Positions 1-10,749 of a stretch of DNA of 64,000 nucleotides are shown here, in pieces. The position numbers and the translations under genes were made by a program. Numbering within the stretch: position 1 is the stretch's first letter; every line of letters starts with the position of its first letter. Source of the stretch: Andalucia godoyi And28 (lineage: Eukaryota; Protista; Jakobida). The stretch lies in contig VRVR01000038.1 of the NCBI GenBank assembly GCA_009859145.1, positions 1 through 64,000 on the forward strand. The letters run 5' to 3'. The notes under the pieces were generated by a model. It worked only from the letters and a program-made list of their open reading frames with translations. It made no database searches and was not told the DNA's origin.

Positions 1-513
1 GATTGGAGGAGTATCCCTCGACTCAAGGCTCCCCCGTTGCACTGCTCATGTGCAGAGGATGCAGAATCTGGTGGAGAAAAACATCACCCTTCAGGTGGAC
101 CTGAGCTGTCGGTATCGCAGAACTCAAGGGAATCAAGCCCTTTCTGGAGCGGGTCCTACCCTCGTCAGCAAAACCTGCGATACAGCCCGGGGGAAGTGGG
201 CGCACTGTGGCTTGCCAAGGAATCGGTACGCCAAGAAACCCGCAAGAGCGCGTTTTCCCTCCCCGACGCTGCACCGGGTGGTCGACATGATCCGAACCTC
301 TGGGGGGTACCGACTCGGCATCGCGCAGCGCACGGAAGAAGGAGCCGTGTCCATGTGCTTCAAATCTCCGCACACCAACCGCCTGGCGGACATCCCAAGC
401 AACGCACAGGCGCCAGTGAGATCCACGCTCTTCAAAAGCACATGCTCGATCGTCTGTCGATACCGCTCCGCATCTTTCGGGCGGTGAAGAATGCATCGGA
501 AGGGCTCTTTTAC
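1..513 (-). mobile_element. Possible degenerate Fanzor1-like N-terminal coding relic, truncated by the window edge
   Basis: Minus frame 513->133 reads VKEPFRCILHRPKDAERYRQTIEHVLLKSVDLTGACALLGMSARRLV, which resembles my recollection of Fanzor1 N-termini. There is no in-frame ATG upstream and stops follow at 133, so at best a pseudogene. Pattern recognition only. Confidence 0.25.
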
Positions 514-1038
514 ATTAAGCCCACCGGCCGCAGTCTAGCGGACTAGCGATCGACGATCGACCCTGGTAATCTCACTTTGCTAACTCCGTGCTCGTCACAG
601 AAGACAGTATCCGAAATGCAATCGCGAACCATGCTGACGGATCACATACGGGATTGAGGACCAGGACGACAAACAGCATTCAACGGACAACAAGTGTCAA
701 ATAACGGAAAAATTATTGGGAAGCAGCGGAAAGACCCGATTTTGGTCTCTGCAGACGAAAATACGCCACACCAGAGTAGCAATATTCTCTGGCGCGTCTC
801 GATGTGTGTAGGAAAACAACCGATCTGAAAAGCGGCCAAGAGTGGAGGCGCCGCATCCTCCGCCTGCACTGCCGAGATGCGGAAAGAAACACTAAACGAT
901 CAAATCATGCCGATTTTTATGATTCAAAAGACCAGAAAAAAAGATCAAAGAAGATCAAAGAACATATAACATAGTAGCAACGCGAGCGGCTTCGGAGCGG
1001 TTTCCGAGTTCGCATAGGGGGGAAACACAAACTCCGTT

Positions 1039-2247
1039 TCAATATAAGACTTGAAAGGTGATTCCCCGGGGCTCGAGAACATGCTTTAATTCCACGGGAT
1101 CCACCGCAGCGCAAGGGGTCAGCACACCGGATCTTGCCAAGCCCTTTCCACTTGACAACAGCGCCAATCGTGCCACTTCCGAAACACATATAGCAGTTGC
1201 TTCGTACACTTCTGGACCGCGAATGACGGTGCGGTGATTTTCAACTTCATTGTCTCGTACACCTCGCACGAAGAACAGCATTTCAAAGCTGGACTTCTTT
1301 CTTTGATCCGGAGACGGTCCGGACCCTTCCGATTTCAAACTAGAAAGCCGCGTCGAAACCACGGGTACCTTTGAAAGAACAGCAAGTACCGCAAACAAGC
1401 ATGCAAACCACAGAAATCGAAAGAACGAATCAAACTGGATGTAGTGGGTGTAGGAGGTGCGGAAGTTTGCGAGGAGTGTGTGCGTCTTGCGGACAACGTA
1501 CGGGTCTGCAACAGGAAACCGCATTGTCCAACGACCCGTGTCCTTATCTCGAAAGGCAAAAGGCGGTTTTTTGTCAGAAGGTTTCGACCGCAGCGCCTTG
1601 TTGTCACCAGCCCGACCACTGCTGCTTGTTGTGTCCTTGAACTCATCACGTTTTCGCGGAGACCCGCTTTTCAAGGAAAGCAACAACGAGGAGAAAGTGC
1701 CGTGTGACACACCGGACATTGACCCACTGCTGATCGACCCTGGTCCACTCAAATGAAGCGATCCCCGGATGCTCACAGATGCAGAGTTCGCGAGAAGCTG
1801 CTCCGTCAAGGCGACCCCGAGATCGCATGGTACGGAATCGAAGCCGGCGGCGAGAATAACCATGACTCCATTCTCTTTCGCCAAGGAATCATACTTCTGA
1901 GTCATGCGCAATATGAACTCGGGCTCACCGTCGATGTCTACATAGTGTTTTTTCTGGGAAACACAACTGGAAACGACGTTTTCTCCGTACAGACGAAAAG
2001 GACCAACACAATTCACAACGAGGTCGCAATGCGCAACAAACAAATCCAGGGAGGAGCGTGAAAGCACGTCCACAACCTCCAATGTGACGCTCTCGGGAAA
2101 GCCGAAGTCTTTTTGGAGGGTCCGCAGCTTCTGCATCGATCGACCACCGAGCACAACATTGGTCAATGCGTGATCCACATGCTTCTGGAAATACTCAACA
2201 ACCAATTTGCCAGAGTATCCAGTTGCTCCGAGAATGCCGATAATCAT
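1039..2247 (-). CDS. Saccharopine dehydrogenase-like oxidoreductase (SCCPDH family)
   Basis: Rossmann motif IIGILGATGYSGK, LVVNCVGPFRLYGENVV, HYVDIDGE, AAGFDSVPCDLG, C-terminal GVLTP. ATG placed at 2247. Confidence 0.85.
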   Translation of the reverse strand: MIIGILGATGYSGKLVVEYFQKHVDHALTNVVLGGRSMQKLRTLQKDFGFPESVTLEVVDVLSRSSLDLFVAHCDLVVNCVGPFRLYGENVVSSCVSQKKHYVDIDGEPEFILRMTQKYDSLAKENGVMVILAAGFDSVPCDLGVALTEQLLANSASVSIRGSLHLSGPGSISSGSMSGVSHGTFSSLLLSLKSGSPRKRDEFKDTTSSSGRAGDNKALRSKPSDKKPPFAFRDKDTGRWTMRFPVADPYVVRKTHTLLANFRTSYTHYIQFDSFFRFLWFACLFAVLAVLSKVPVVSTRLSSLKSEGSGPSPDQRKKSSFEMLFFVRGVRDNEVENHRTVIRGPEVYEATAICVSEVARLALLSSGKGLARSGVLTPCAAVDPVELKHVLEPRGITFQVLY

Positions 2248-2556
2248 TACAATACGCGGGGAGGGTACGAACGACTGTGGGTGGAAGAATGGAGGGGAAA
2301 CAGATGTTGCAGAAAGGACTGCAAAACGAAGCACAAAAATGGAAGGTTTCCTTGTCGGGGGAAATCGGGGGCAACCCTGGCGAAATGCTGCTGTCCTGTC
2401 CCCGAATCGTGATTTCCCTCTTCTCAAACTTCTGAAATCGGAGTGCTCGCTCTGTGGTTTCCGCGTTGACGTTAGAGGTTATCCTCTGCTGCGCATCAAC
2501 TGTCACATGTCTCATGTCCATAAGGAAGGGGGAAGCAGACCAGAAAGCAGACCACA

Positions 2557-2587
<31 letters not shown>

Positions 2588-2633
2588 TATCGTTCACTAT
2601 TTTTCATTATAATTTATTTTCGTCTTCTTTTTG

Positions 2634-3623
2634 ATGTCAGGATTCTTCTCAGTGTACGTTCTCAGATCATTGTCGCGACTCAATGCGTGTTATGTTGGAT
2701 TTACTACACACCCGCTTCGACGCATTCGTCAGCACAATGGCGAATTGCAGGCCGGAGCATGGCGGACGAGGAATTGCCGTCCTTGGGAAATGGCCGCTGT
2801 GTTTCATGGTTTTCCTAATCGTATTTCGGCACTGCAGTTTGAATGGGCGCTGCAACACCCGGAAAAGTCGAGACTGGTACGGTCGCGCTTATCAGAGATC
2901 TCAAAGAAGGAACTGGGACCCAAGACAAAATTCTGGGCGAAACTTCGCGTAGCTCATGAAATGTTGCATCTGCCTCCTTGGTATCACTTGTCGCTGAGCT
3001 GCTTCTATGCGAAAAGGGATGTCTATGACTGGGCCGCCCTTCACTGTCCATCGCCGCCACTGCACATCAAGGTTTCCGTTGCTGACTTGGTGGAGATCGA
3101 CATCTTCCGACAAAACCAGCGCTCTATCAGTGCTTCTTCTTCGGGTGCGCATTTTTCGGACTCTGGCGACGATGATTCCGCGCGCTCTAGTAGTGGAAAT
3201 GAAGGCAACGACGGCATGCTGGAATCAGAGGGCAGTGACGACCATGATGATAATGATAGTGATAATGATATTGATAATGATGACAGCTATCATAATGAAG
3301 CTGACGACGACATGTTTCCTTCGTTTCCTAGTGCGGAAGCGACGCCGGACCGGATCAGCCACGGATCGGATCTGGGAAGCCAGTCCCGTTCAGATGCGTC
3401 TTTCCGTGGCGCAGCGGTGTGCTCAATTTGCACGTGCAACAGAACAAAAGAGCTGATCTGGAAATGTCAATGTGGTGCGCAGGTTCATGTTGTGTGTCTT
3501 GCCCAGTCGTCTTTGAATATAACATCCGATCCGTCGCTAATTCCAACCCGGGGCTTTTGTCCGTCGTGTATGTACAATGATCCCTGGTCCATTCTCGTGG
3601 CCTCGTTACGAATGGAGAACTAA
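2634..3623 (+). CDS. SLX1: Structure-specific endonuclease subunit SLX1 (GIY-YIG plus C-terminal PHD/RING-like Zn finger)
   Basis: VYVLRS..CYVGFTTHPLRRIRQHNG..GAWRTRNCRPWEM..ALQFEWALQHP; acidic linker; CSIC..CQCGAQVHVVCLA..CPSC. Confidence 0.9.
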   Translation: MSGFFSVYVLRSLSRLNACYVGFTTHPLRRIRQHNGELQAGAWRTRNCRPWEMAAVFHGFPNRISALQFEWALQHPEKSRLVRSRLSEISKKELGPKTKFWAKLRVAHEMLHLPPWYHLSLSCFYAKRDVYDWAALHCPSPPLHIKVSVADLVEIDIFRQNQRSISASSSGAHFSDSGDDDSARSSSGNEGNDGMLESEGSDDHDDNDSDNDIDNDDSYHNEADDDMFPSFPSAEATPDRISHGSDLGSQSRSDASFRGAAVCSICTCNRTKELIWKCQCGAQVHVVCLAQSSLNITSDPSLIPTRGFCPSCMYNDPWSILVASLRMEN

Positions 3624-3768
3624 TCCATGGTGCTTTTTATTTTTATGTCGTCGTTCTGCAACAAAACAAACCCAAAAAAAAAAAAAAAAAGATTCGGTGC
3701 TGATAAGAAGATCGTCGGTGCAAGTGATAATTTTACGCCGGCATTGCACACAAAGAACCGCATGTTTG

Positions 3769-5301
3769 TCAAACAGAAGACCAAAATTGGGAAAGATCGA
3801 TTTCTACATAGGGAGAACAGCACGCCGGCGCCCACGAACTGTCCGTTTGGAATTCCCAGGCAGCAATGAGCGTACTTCGTGCTGGAAAGAAGGCCACGCT
3901 CAAAATGTTGTGGGCAACGTTGTACGTGGATGGATCACAGACCGTGGGATTTCTGCCTTTCTCACCGAGCAATGAAACAGACGATACCGTCTCCATGGGC
4001 CCTATGGCAATACCAGATTCTTCAAAAGTAGAAAACTGGTTGCTAATCAAAAAGTATCGCATTACAGAGTCCTTGAATAGGTCATCGGACGATTTCCAAT
4101 CGTACGTTCTGCGGATTTCTGGATCGTAGCCATGGTTGGTGCGGAACGTGGCGTTTGGCATTGGGCGTCCCAAAGGGAGTTTCTCACCCTTGTAGTCAAC
4201 ATAGGTTGCTTCGGCTTCTCTGGAGTCATTGGCATAAAACACAGCAGTGTACCCGCCCTTTGTTTCCAACAGGACGCAAGCGTTGTCGTTTGCAGAACAG
4301 ACTTGGTGGTTGTAGCCGACTGTGTTGTTTGTCGACGCAAAGACAGATAGGGCGGTCCGGATGTCCGTCGCTTGCTCCATGACCCAGCGCAAGCGGAGAG
4401 CCCATGGGAATCCATAGAACGTCTCCGTCTTCTCTTCCAAGTTTGCTTCGTGGACCGTCAACCCATCACGAGACATCCCTGCGAGAGCGCCCATGAAACC
4501 AAAAAACCCTACGGTTGCATGCACACGACCCCCGTCAGTCGGGAAGTACAGAGTCACGAGCTTGAATCTACTGATACCAGTATTCGACGCCCAATCAAGG
4601 TTTCTACCGGCTACAACGGCACCATCCACCGTTCGCGGACCCCAGGCCCCAAACATCGAGCAACCGTGAAGTCGCGAGGCTGCCTCATTTACAACATCCA
4701 CCATTGACGTCCATGTACCACGGTCTGCAAGCTGAACAGCCACGTCCCTAACATCCTCTGCAAGAGAACTCTGCAGCGTCTGTATGTGAAGCCAGTGCCT
4801 CATTTCGTCCTCGATGATTTCGACATAGTCCGTAAAGTTCGTGGGAAGATTCGAGAAGACCAAAATGCGGGCCAGCAGCCGTTCGCAAGATGGAACTCCG
4901 ATGGACTCACATCCTGCATTGATTCCTGCAAGCTCCGTTTTAAATGCAGCAGGAACTTGCTGTCCAAGGACTGACCATTGCCAGTCCGCAAACAGATTCA
5001 GCAACGCAATCTTGTAATCCTGTCCGAGAACAGCTCGCATGAAATCTTCCAACATCGGAGGAATGTCTTTCCCAAGCATTCGACCATAATCATACCCAAT
5101 TGCGTGCCGATCGCCTCGCAAAAGCGCCACATAGACCGGTTCTTCGTATCCCGTTCCCTGAGCAGCCAGCAGCTTGGATTCCCCGGACGATGACACTTCG
5201 GTGTACCCAGATGGCTTGACGATACTCACAGGAATCCCAGAGACGATCCCCAGAACAAGGAATAAAACAATGGATGGCAGTAATGTACCCAACGCTCTCA
5301 T
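3769..5301 (-). CDS. Secreted/lysosomal Ntn-hydrolase, peptidase C45 / acid ceramidase-like
   Basis: Hydrophobic signal peptide; nucleophile context HG-CSMF followed by DGAVVAGRNLDW; TNHG motif. Confidence 0.8.
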   Translation of the reverse strand: MRALGTLLPSIVLFLVLGIVSGIPVSIVKPSGYTEVSSSGESKLLAAQGTGYEEPVYVALLRGDRHAIGYDYGRMLGKDIPPMLEDFMRAVLGQDYKIALLNLFADWQWSVLGQQVPAAFKTELAGINAGCESIGVPSCERLLARILVFSNLPTNFTDYVEIIEDEMRHWLHIQTLQSSLAEDVRDVAVQLADRGTWTSMVDVVNEAASRLHGCSMFGAWGPRTVDGAVVAGRNLDWASNTGISRFKLVTLYFPTDGGRVHATVGFFGFMGALAGMSRDGLTVHEANLEEKTETFYGFPWALRLRWVMEQATDIRTALSVFASTNNTVGYNHQVCSANDNACVLLETKGGYTAVFYANDSREAEATYVDYKGEKLPLGRPMPNATFRTNHGYDPEIRRTYDWKSSDDLFKDSVMRYFLISNQFSTFEESGIAIGPMETVSSVSLLGEKGRNPTVCDPSTYNVAHNILSVAFFPARSTLIAAWEFQTDSSWAPACCSPYVEIDLSQFWSSV

Positions 5302-5527
5302 TTCCTGCTTTTTTTCTTTTTTCTTTCTTTCTCTGTTTTTTCCAATGTAAAAAATTTAGTTTCTGATTTCCCAGCAAAACCAGAAAGCCTGGGCGCTGCA
5401 AAGCTCAGAAGTCCTAGAGCAATCGCAAATATAAAATATCGAAAAAAGAAATGCCCCGAGCAGCCGGAAGCCCTTCCCCGACGTTGAGCGACATTTGTCG
5501 TCGTCTTCTTTTTGGAAGGAGGGGGCG

Positions 5528-6673
5528 ATGTGTGCTCGAAACTTGAAGTGCAATCGAGTCCCATTCTCTCTGGGTGACTCTGGTTTTGACGTTTTGAGGT
5601 TCTGGGAAACTCCCTGCTTTTTTGTTTGCATGTGGGCGTGCTCCGTCCAGCGTTTCCGGATCTGTTGCAACATGGTCAACAACAATGCTTTTCTGGTTGG
5701 ATGCATCATGATGCCCGTCAGCTCCTTCATGATTGTGCACTCGTTGTCCAATTTAGTATTTCGCAAGCTGTCGTCGCACGAAGCTTCTGCCTTCCGCAAC
5801 CTGGTGATTCCATATCTCTTGTTCCGTCTCGCGGTTGCCGTCAGCATTCCACATCTCTATCACTCGAATTTCCATCTTTTCCAAAGCATCTTCTTCTTTA
5901 GCATAGCAGGGGCAGTGAAGTCGTGGAATGTGATTTCTCGCTTCCGGCTCGATGCGCATTTTCGAAGATCTGAAGCCTCGGTCCCGCTTACGCTGGTTCT
6001 CTCCCCGCTCTTCGTGATCTTTTGTATCGCTTGGTACTATCGAGTGTTGCTTGTCGAATGCCACATGTCCCTTTCGGTGATGTCGATTTTTGCGTTTGAC
6101 GGTGCAGCCCTTGCGTTGGACACCATCCCCATCCTCCTGGCTGCAGTGTTCAGGATACCCATCGGTTCGACACCATCTGTTGAATCCGCCGACACCGAGT
6201 ATGTGCGTGACAGTGGAAGCCATGCCGTACGATACTCGCATTATGTGAAATTGCTCAGAAATGCGGACTTCTGGATGGAAAAACTCAAATACGTTTTGTA
6301 CATATTTCATTGCTTCAATATATGGCTGCTCAAAGGAGTGTCGCTTTCCATATTGGATTTGCTGATGATAGTTTCGCTGAAAGCCATTGTTTCCCAAATC
6401 GCAGCGGACTTCAGGGCAGTGAAGCGTGAACGGCTGCTCCGGCAGCAGCTGGATTCCTGCTTCGAAAAAGTATACTACGGAGAAAAGGATGATTCCACCG
6501 AGTGCGCGATTTGTCGAGAAAGGATACTGGACGGACAGAAGTTGCCTTGTAACCATGCTTTCCATGCACGTTGTATTTATTTATGGCTCACGCGCAGCCA
6601 AACATGCCCGATATGCCGGCAAACAGTACCACTGACTACTTCACAGGTATTTCTGACAGGACAACGGTCTTAG
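5528..6673 (+). CDS. Multi-pass membrane RING-H2 E3 ubiquitin ligase (HRD1/AMFR-like); start uncertain (5528 or 5672)
   Basis: Several TM segments, then CAICRE..LPCNHAFHARCIYLWLTRSQTCPICR. Confidence 0.85.
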   Translation: MCARNLKCNRVPFSLGDSGFDVLRFWETPCFFVCMWACSVQRFRICCNMVNNNAFLVGCIMMPVSSFMIVHSLSNLVFRKLSSHEASAFRNLVIPYLLFRLAVAVSIPHLYHSNFHLFQSIFFFSIAGAVKSWNVISRFRLDAHFRRSEASVPLTLVLSPLFVIFCIAWYYRVLLVECHMSLSVMSIFAFDGAALALDTIPILLAAVFRIPIGSTPSVESADTEYVRDSGSHAVRYSHYVKLLRNADFWMEKLKYVLYIFHCFNIWLLKGVSLSILDLLMIVSLKAIVSQIAADFRAVKRERLLRQQLDSCFEKVYYGEKDDSTECAICRERILDGQKLPCNHAFHARCIYLWLTRSQTCPICRQTVPLTTSQVFLTGQRS

Positions 6674-7450
6674 AATACATTGCGTTCATCATAGTGTGCA
6701 TAGCGCGCTGTGCAACTTCCAGCCAAGAAACCTCCCAACACCCAGTCCTCTTCGGTTGTCCTAGTCGCTGCTTCTGGCATTCGGGGGAAAAGTCAAGGAT
6801 TGCCGATGATGGTCTGCAAGTGCAGGCGCCGACGCACTGGACGCCGTCGTGCCTGTTTCAAATGGCGCATTGCTGCTCAATACACGATGATGTGGAGGAA
6901 TCGAGGACGTGGCATGATGTGTTGGTGTATCTAGCACGCTCTTCTTATGTGATGTGCATAGCGTTAGAAAAACGACGGATACGATCAACAGTGTGGCAGC
7001 CGCAAGGCATCGAAACACCATATTCTTGCTGCGCATGTTTTAGGAATGCGAATTTTTTCTTTCTTTTTCCACCCTCCTGTTCTTCTATTTTTGCAGTTTG
7101 TGGAATTGTACAGTGTTTTTTTTTCCCCCCAAAGAAGACGACGAAAATATAATGGAGAGGAAGACGGACAAAGGAAAAAGGAAAAAGAAGGAGGGAGGGG
7201 GAGGAAAGCGAGAAGAACAAGGGAAAACAACATCCAGTCTGCGAAAGCCGGAATCTCATCGTTTTCGTCTTGCTGATTCGTGATCTCTCCCATTTCACCA
7301 TCCTGCAATCCCACATCCGTCTTCACTGGACAAAAGCGGCAAGTTTGACACTCTCTGTCGGATACAAACTCCCGACAACGGGACTGCGCCAACAAAACAT
7401 GAAAACCAAAAAACCAAAACCCACATAGCAAATCCACGAATTCGAGTGCT

Positions 7451-8332
7451 TTAATGCGCAGGCTGCATCACTACGCAAAAATTATTTCGCGAGTCGCCAG
7501 ATCGACAGAGCTTCTTTGGGAATGCGTGGTGCGCAGTTCGCAAAAGAGAATCTTCGGTCCGTTGAAACACATAGAAAGACAGTTTGCTGGATGTGCGATG
7601 GTCAAGAACGCTGAATCCGACAGACTTGAGCATTCGAAGCCACAGAGAATGCTTGAGATAACGTGAATTCTCAACGCAGGCAACCGGAAGGACAACATAC
7701 AGAAGTCCGCCGACCTTGACCAAATCTTCGCACCTTGCAATCATTTCGCCCTTCTTCTCTGGCGACCCTACAAAGTTCAGAACCAGGCTGAGCACTACGA
7801 CATCAAACGGATCATCATCGTAGCACTTTGCAAATTCGAAAAAGTCAATCTGGATGACGTCGGGATCAAACGAGTGCAGATCAATCGATGTCGGCAAGAT
7901 CCAGCTCTGATAGGGCCGATAATGATTCGTGATCGCCCCAACATCCAATAAACTCAACTTTGCCTGCATACCAGAAGCCTGCTTTGAAGGGCGTCTCTCG
8001 CGAGCACACAGATCCTTCACCACCCACTTTGCAGAATTGAAACGATGCTGGTATCCCATTTCGCCAAACAGCGATGCGCGTTGATACTTTTCCAGCCCGC
8101 CAAGGTCGTCTAATTGCCTCTCCAGACCGGAGATTTTCTCCCGCTTCTCAGATTCTGAAATCGAACCGGATGCTCGCAGCAGACCAATGTCCTTGTTTAA
8201 TGTGTGAAACCTCGAAATCAAATCATGTGCTTCCTGCACGGACGAAAACGGCATCTCGACTTCATTGGAAGACCCGCGCTTGGCATTCCGCGGCTTCCGG
8301 CTGACGGGAACAATCGCAGGTTTGACTCGCAT
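7451..8332 (-). CDS. 25S rRNA (adenine-N1) methyltransferase, Bmt2/SAMTOR-like
   Basis: FNSAKWVV, LLDVGA, SIDL, DFF, FDVVVLSLVLNFV..KGEM, LYVVLPVACVENSRY. Confidence 0.8.
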   Translation of the reverse strand: MRVKPAIVPVSRKPRNAKRGSSNEVEMPFSSVQEAHDLISRFHTLNKDIGLLRASGSISESEKREKISGLERQLDDLGGLEKYQRASLFGEMGYQHRFNSAKWVVKDLCARERRPSKQASGMQAKLSLLDVGAITNHYRPYQSWILPTSIDLHSFDPDVIQIDFFEFAKCYDDDPFDVVVLSLVLNFVGSPEKKGEMIARCEDLVKVGGLLYVVLPVACVENSRYLKHSLWLRMLKSVGFSVLDHRTSSKLSFYVFQRTEDSLLRTAHHAFPKKLCRSGDSRNNFCVVMQPAH

Positions 8333-8596
8333 GAAAGAAATACAGCGAAATGGCACACGCTCACGAACGCTCCTCGGACGTTTCGGAATTCAGCACTTGC
8401 GGGGGAAGGGCGAAGAATTTGGCTGTGCATCGGGAATGCCGATTCTTCTGTGCGTCGTCAGAAGGAGAAAACAACAATCGAGCATTTACATCTGCCGGAC
8501 ATTTGAAGATGCGGTTCCTGGACGTTGATTGCGATTTTCATGCTGTATTTTATGTAACCCTCCAGACCAAACGTCTGGTGGACGGCTGTGAATATC

Positions 8597-8953
8597 ATCG
8601 GATAGTACAGCTGAGTTTGGCAGTCGTCGACGTCGCTGTTGAATGAAGGCCGACCTTTTTCTTCTGCCGATTGTTGCTACTGATTGCAGTCGTCGTTGTT
8701 GCGGTCGTTGTCGCAGCGGCGTACGTGTGCAGGTCGAGGCCCAATGAGACGCTGTCGAACATTGAGAGCCGCATTCTTGTCTCGGGACTTCCAGCGCCGA
8801 GCCGTGCAATGGGCGGATTCACAGCATCGCAAACCGCCCCTCCCGGAGATGATGGCTTCTCTCCTCCCGCTTGTTGGATCTGCGTGAGAACCTGCCGGGC
8901 ACAAGCCTCTTCGACAGACAACACTTGACAGCCGATTCCTTGTAATCGATGAT
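8597..8953 (-). mobile_element. Fanzor/TnpB 3'-end relic, family B copy 1 (Zn-finger and RuvC-III remnant plus putative omegaRNA tail)
   Basis: Minus frame reads GRGGLRCCESAHCTARRWKSRDKNAALNVRQRLIGPRPAHVRR (RDKNAALNV at 8784-8758). Homologous to 28696-28876. Confidence 0.65.
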
Positions 8954-8966
8954 TCCTCCGCCGCGG

Positions 8967-8968
<2 letters not shown>

Positions 8969-9045
<77 letters not shown>
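8969..9045. repeat. (CT)n microsatellite, about 38 units
   Basis: Direct reading; abuts the family B element. Confidence 0.95.
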
Positions 9046-9047
<2 letters not shown>

Positions 9048-9674
9048 GTGGTGCACACCATTGTCAATCAACAATCAATGCAATATCGGCTCGATTGAAA
9101 ACAGAGAAGGAAAGATCGAGAGAGAGGAAGAACAAGTGGATTAAGAATGCGGAATGGCAATAAATGAAGCTCGTTGAGAATCGCAAGTTTTTTCCTGGTT
9201 CCCAGGGTCCAAGTGGTTCAAACGAATGCACTAATTGATCTAGTAGAGAGCTCTGAACAGGAAAATAGGTTGTTCCTGCTTTGGGGTGAGCAGACCCACG
9301 GATGTCCCACTCAAAAAAGAACTTTCATTGGATTGGCGCTGATGCTGATTGTAAAAGTCCCTTTACGCCAAATAATCTGCTTGAGGCGCAGCATGCGGGC
9401 TAAATTTTTGGAGAGGTTTTGGGTTGAAGGGCAATATCCTGTTTGTTTTATTTTGTGTTAACGTTGTTTTCGGTTGGCATCTCGTCTGAAGTCCCTCCAA
9501 GGAAAGACAGCACCAAGTTCGTTGTTGTAGTTCTAGTAGCAGTAGAAGAGGAAGAAGGACAAAAATCAAAATCAAAAAAATTGAAACAAAAAAACAAAAA
9601 GAAAAAAGAAAAAAGAAAAAAATAGATAGTATTGTGGTGTTTGTTGGTTTGCAGCTGCTTGTCATTTCTGGAGA

Positions 9675-10715
9675 ATGAGCGGCACTGCATTTCCGATTGC
9701 GCCGATTTTCCACAGAACAGAATCGTCCCCGACGGATCTTTTTCACAAGAGGTATCTGCTGAATGAGTTCATCAATCCGTACACTCGGATAGTGTATGGA
9801 GTGGACAAATCGAGGGGCGTTGGTGCGTCTTCGAACACGGCGTCCCGGATCGCAGTCCTGGTCTTTGACGAAGCTGCGGCGTACGAGTCCTCTGTCAAGC
9901 TGTTTCAAAAATTGCGCTCCAAGTTTGTTACCAACATGACGGATCATTGGGAAGAGTTTGCAGAGTGTGGTCGTGCGTTTCTTGTTATTGAGCGCGGTGG
10001 CCTTGCTCTTGACGAGTATGCATATTCGATACGCAAGGAGCTTCATCCTCGAGATGTCGGTCTCAAGCACGACTGTTTGATGCATATTGCTCTTGTGTGG
10101 GCATTCATCTTCAATGCGGGCTATTCTTTGCATTTTTCGCAGACGTGCTTCATGCAGTTTGGAACCGTGTGGAAGTTGTACGACCCATCGTGTCTGACGC
10201 ATGGAAGACGCGCCGTTATGAACCGACTGTATGTACCCTTCGAGGTAGCTTCGCTCATTGCCAATGGCCATGTTTCTGCTTTTACGTACTCTCCCCCGGA
10301 CGTTGCTGGAAATCCCGGAGGCGCCAGCCACTCTCTTGAAATGGTTCAACTGGGATACGATACCGACGGTCGAGCGTCCGTGGTACCGAGCATGATGACG
10401 TTCGGGATGCTGCTGCTTGAGCTACTGCTACTTCATCCGCTGTTCGCAGAGAAGAGCATCGAAGAGATTTACGGAGCCGTGGCAAACCAGCAATGCGTCC
10501 CGCAGCTCCGCCAAGCCGGTATACTGACGAAGGAAGAGCTTGTCGTCGTGCAGCTTGTGCAGCATATTCTCATGCATGATGACTCGTCCGATCGCATGGA
10601 AGACGTCGCGAGCGTCATGATACTGGTTACGGACGTCCTGAACGACAAATGCCAGCAATCCTTCAAGAAGTCCACAAGTCCCAAAAAGCCAATTTTTGTG
10701 CCTGCCGTAAATTAA
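9675..10715 (+). CDS. Protein-kinase-like fold protein, probable pseudokinase
   Basis: AFLVIERGGLALDEY (hinge-like), HIALVWAFIFNAG, WKLYDP at the DFG position, TFGMLLLELL. No GxGxxG, HRD or DFG. Confidence 0.55.
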   Translation: MSGTAFPIAPIFHRTESSPTDLFHKRYLLNEFINPYTRIVYGVDKSRGVGASSNTASRIAVLVFDEAAAYESSVKLFQKLRSKFVTNMTDHWEEFAECGRAFLVIERGGLALDEYAYSIRKELHPRDVGLKHDCLMHIALVWAFIFNAGYSLHFSQTCFMQFGTVWKLYDPSCLTHGRRAVMNRLYVPFEVASLIANGHVSAFTYSPPDVAGNPGGASHSLEMVQLGYDTDGRASVVPSMMTFGMLLLELLLLHPLFAEKSIEEIYGAVANQQCVPQLRQAGILTKEELVVVQLVQHILMHDDSSDRMEDVASVMILVTDVLNDKCQQSFKKSTSPKKPIFVPAVN

Positions 10716-10749
10716 TTATCCTTTCTCTCATTAGATGAAGTTTTTCCGC

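Noticed and set aside
1-200. In-frame TGA codons as evidence of stop-codon reassignment
   Set aside because: Conserved genes in the window end in TAA, TAG and TGA and have no internal stops; these TGAs are in degenerate sequence.
37-546. Plus-strand ORFs of 169 and 145 aa at the window start
   Set aside because: No recognisable motifs; several overlapping frames are open, and the minus frame looks more protein-like.
2634-2930. GIY-YIG domain as a homing endonuclease
   Set aside because: Sequence and C-terminal Zn finger match the housekeeping SLX1.
6571-7440. Several short ORFs between the RING and Bmt2-like genes
   Set aside because: Driven by A/T and purine runs, with no domain signature; a small spliced gene cannot be excluded.
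8595-8760. SVSLGLDLHTYAAA read as a RuvC-I motif
   Set aside because: It lacks the catalytic Asp context and lies downstream of the RDKNAALNV motif in another frame, the wrong order for RuvC-I.
9363-10349. 328-aa minus-strand ORF
   Set aside because: Antisense shadow of the pseudokinase, ending in low-complexity sequence.
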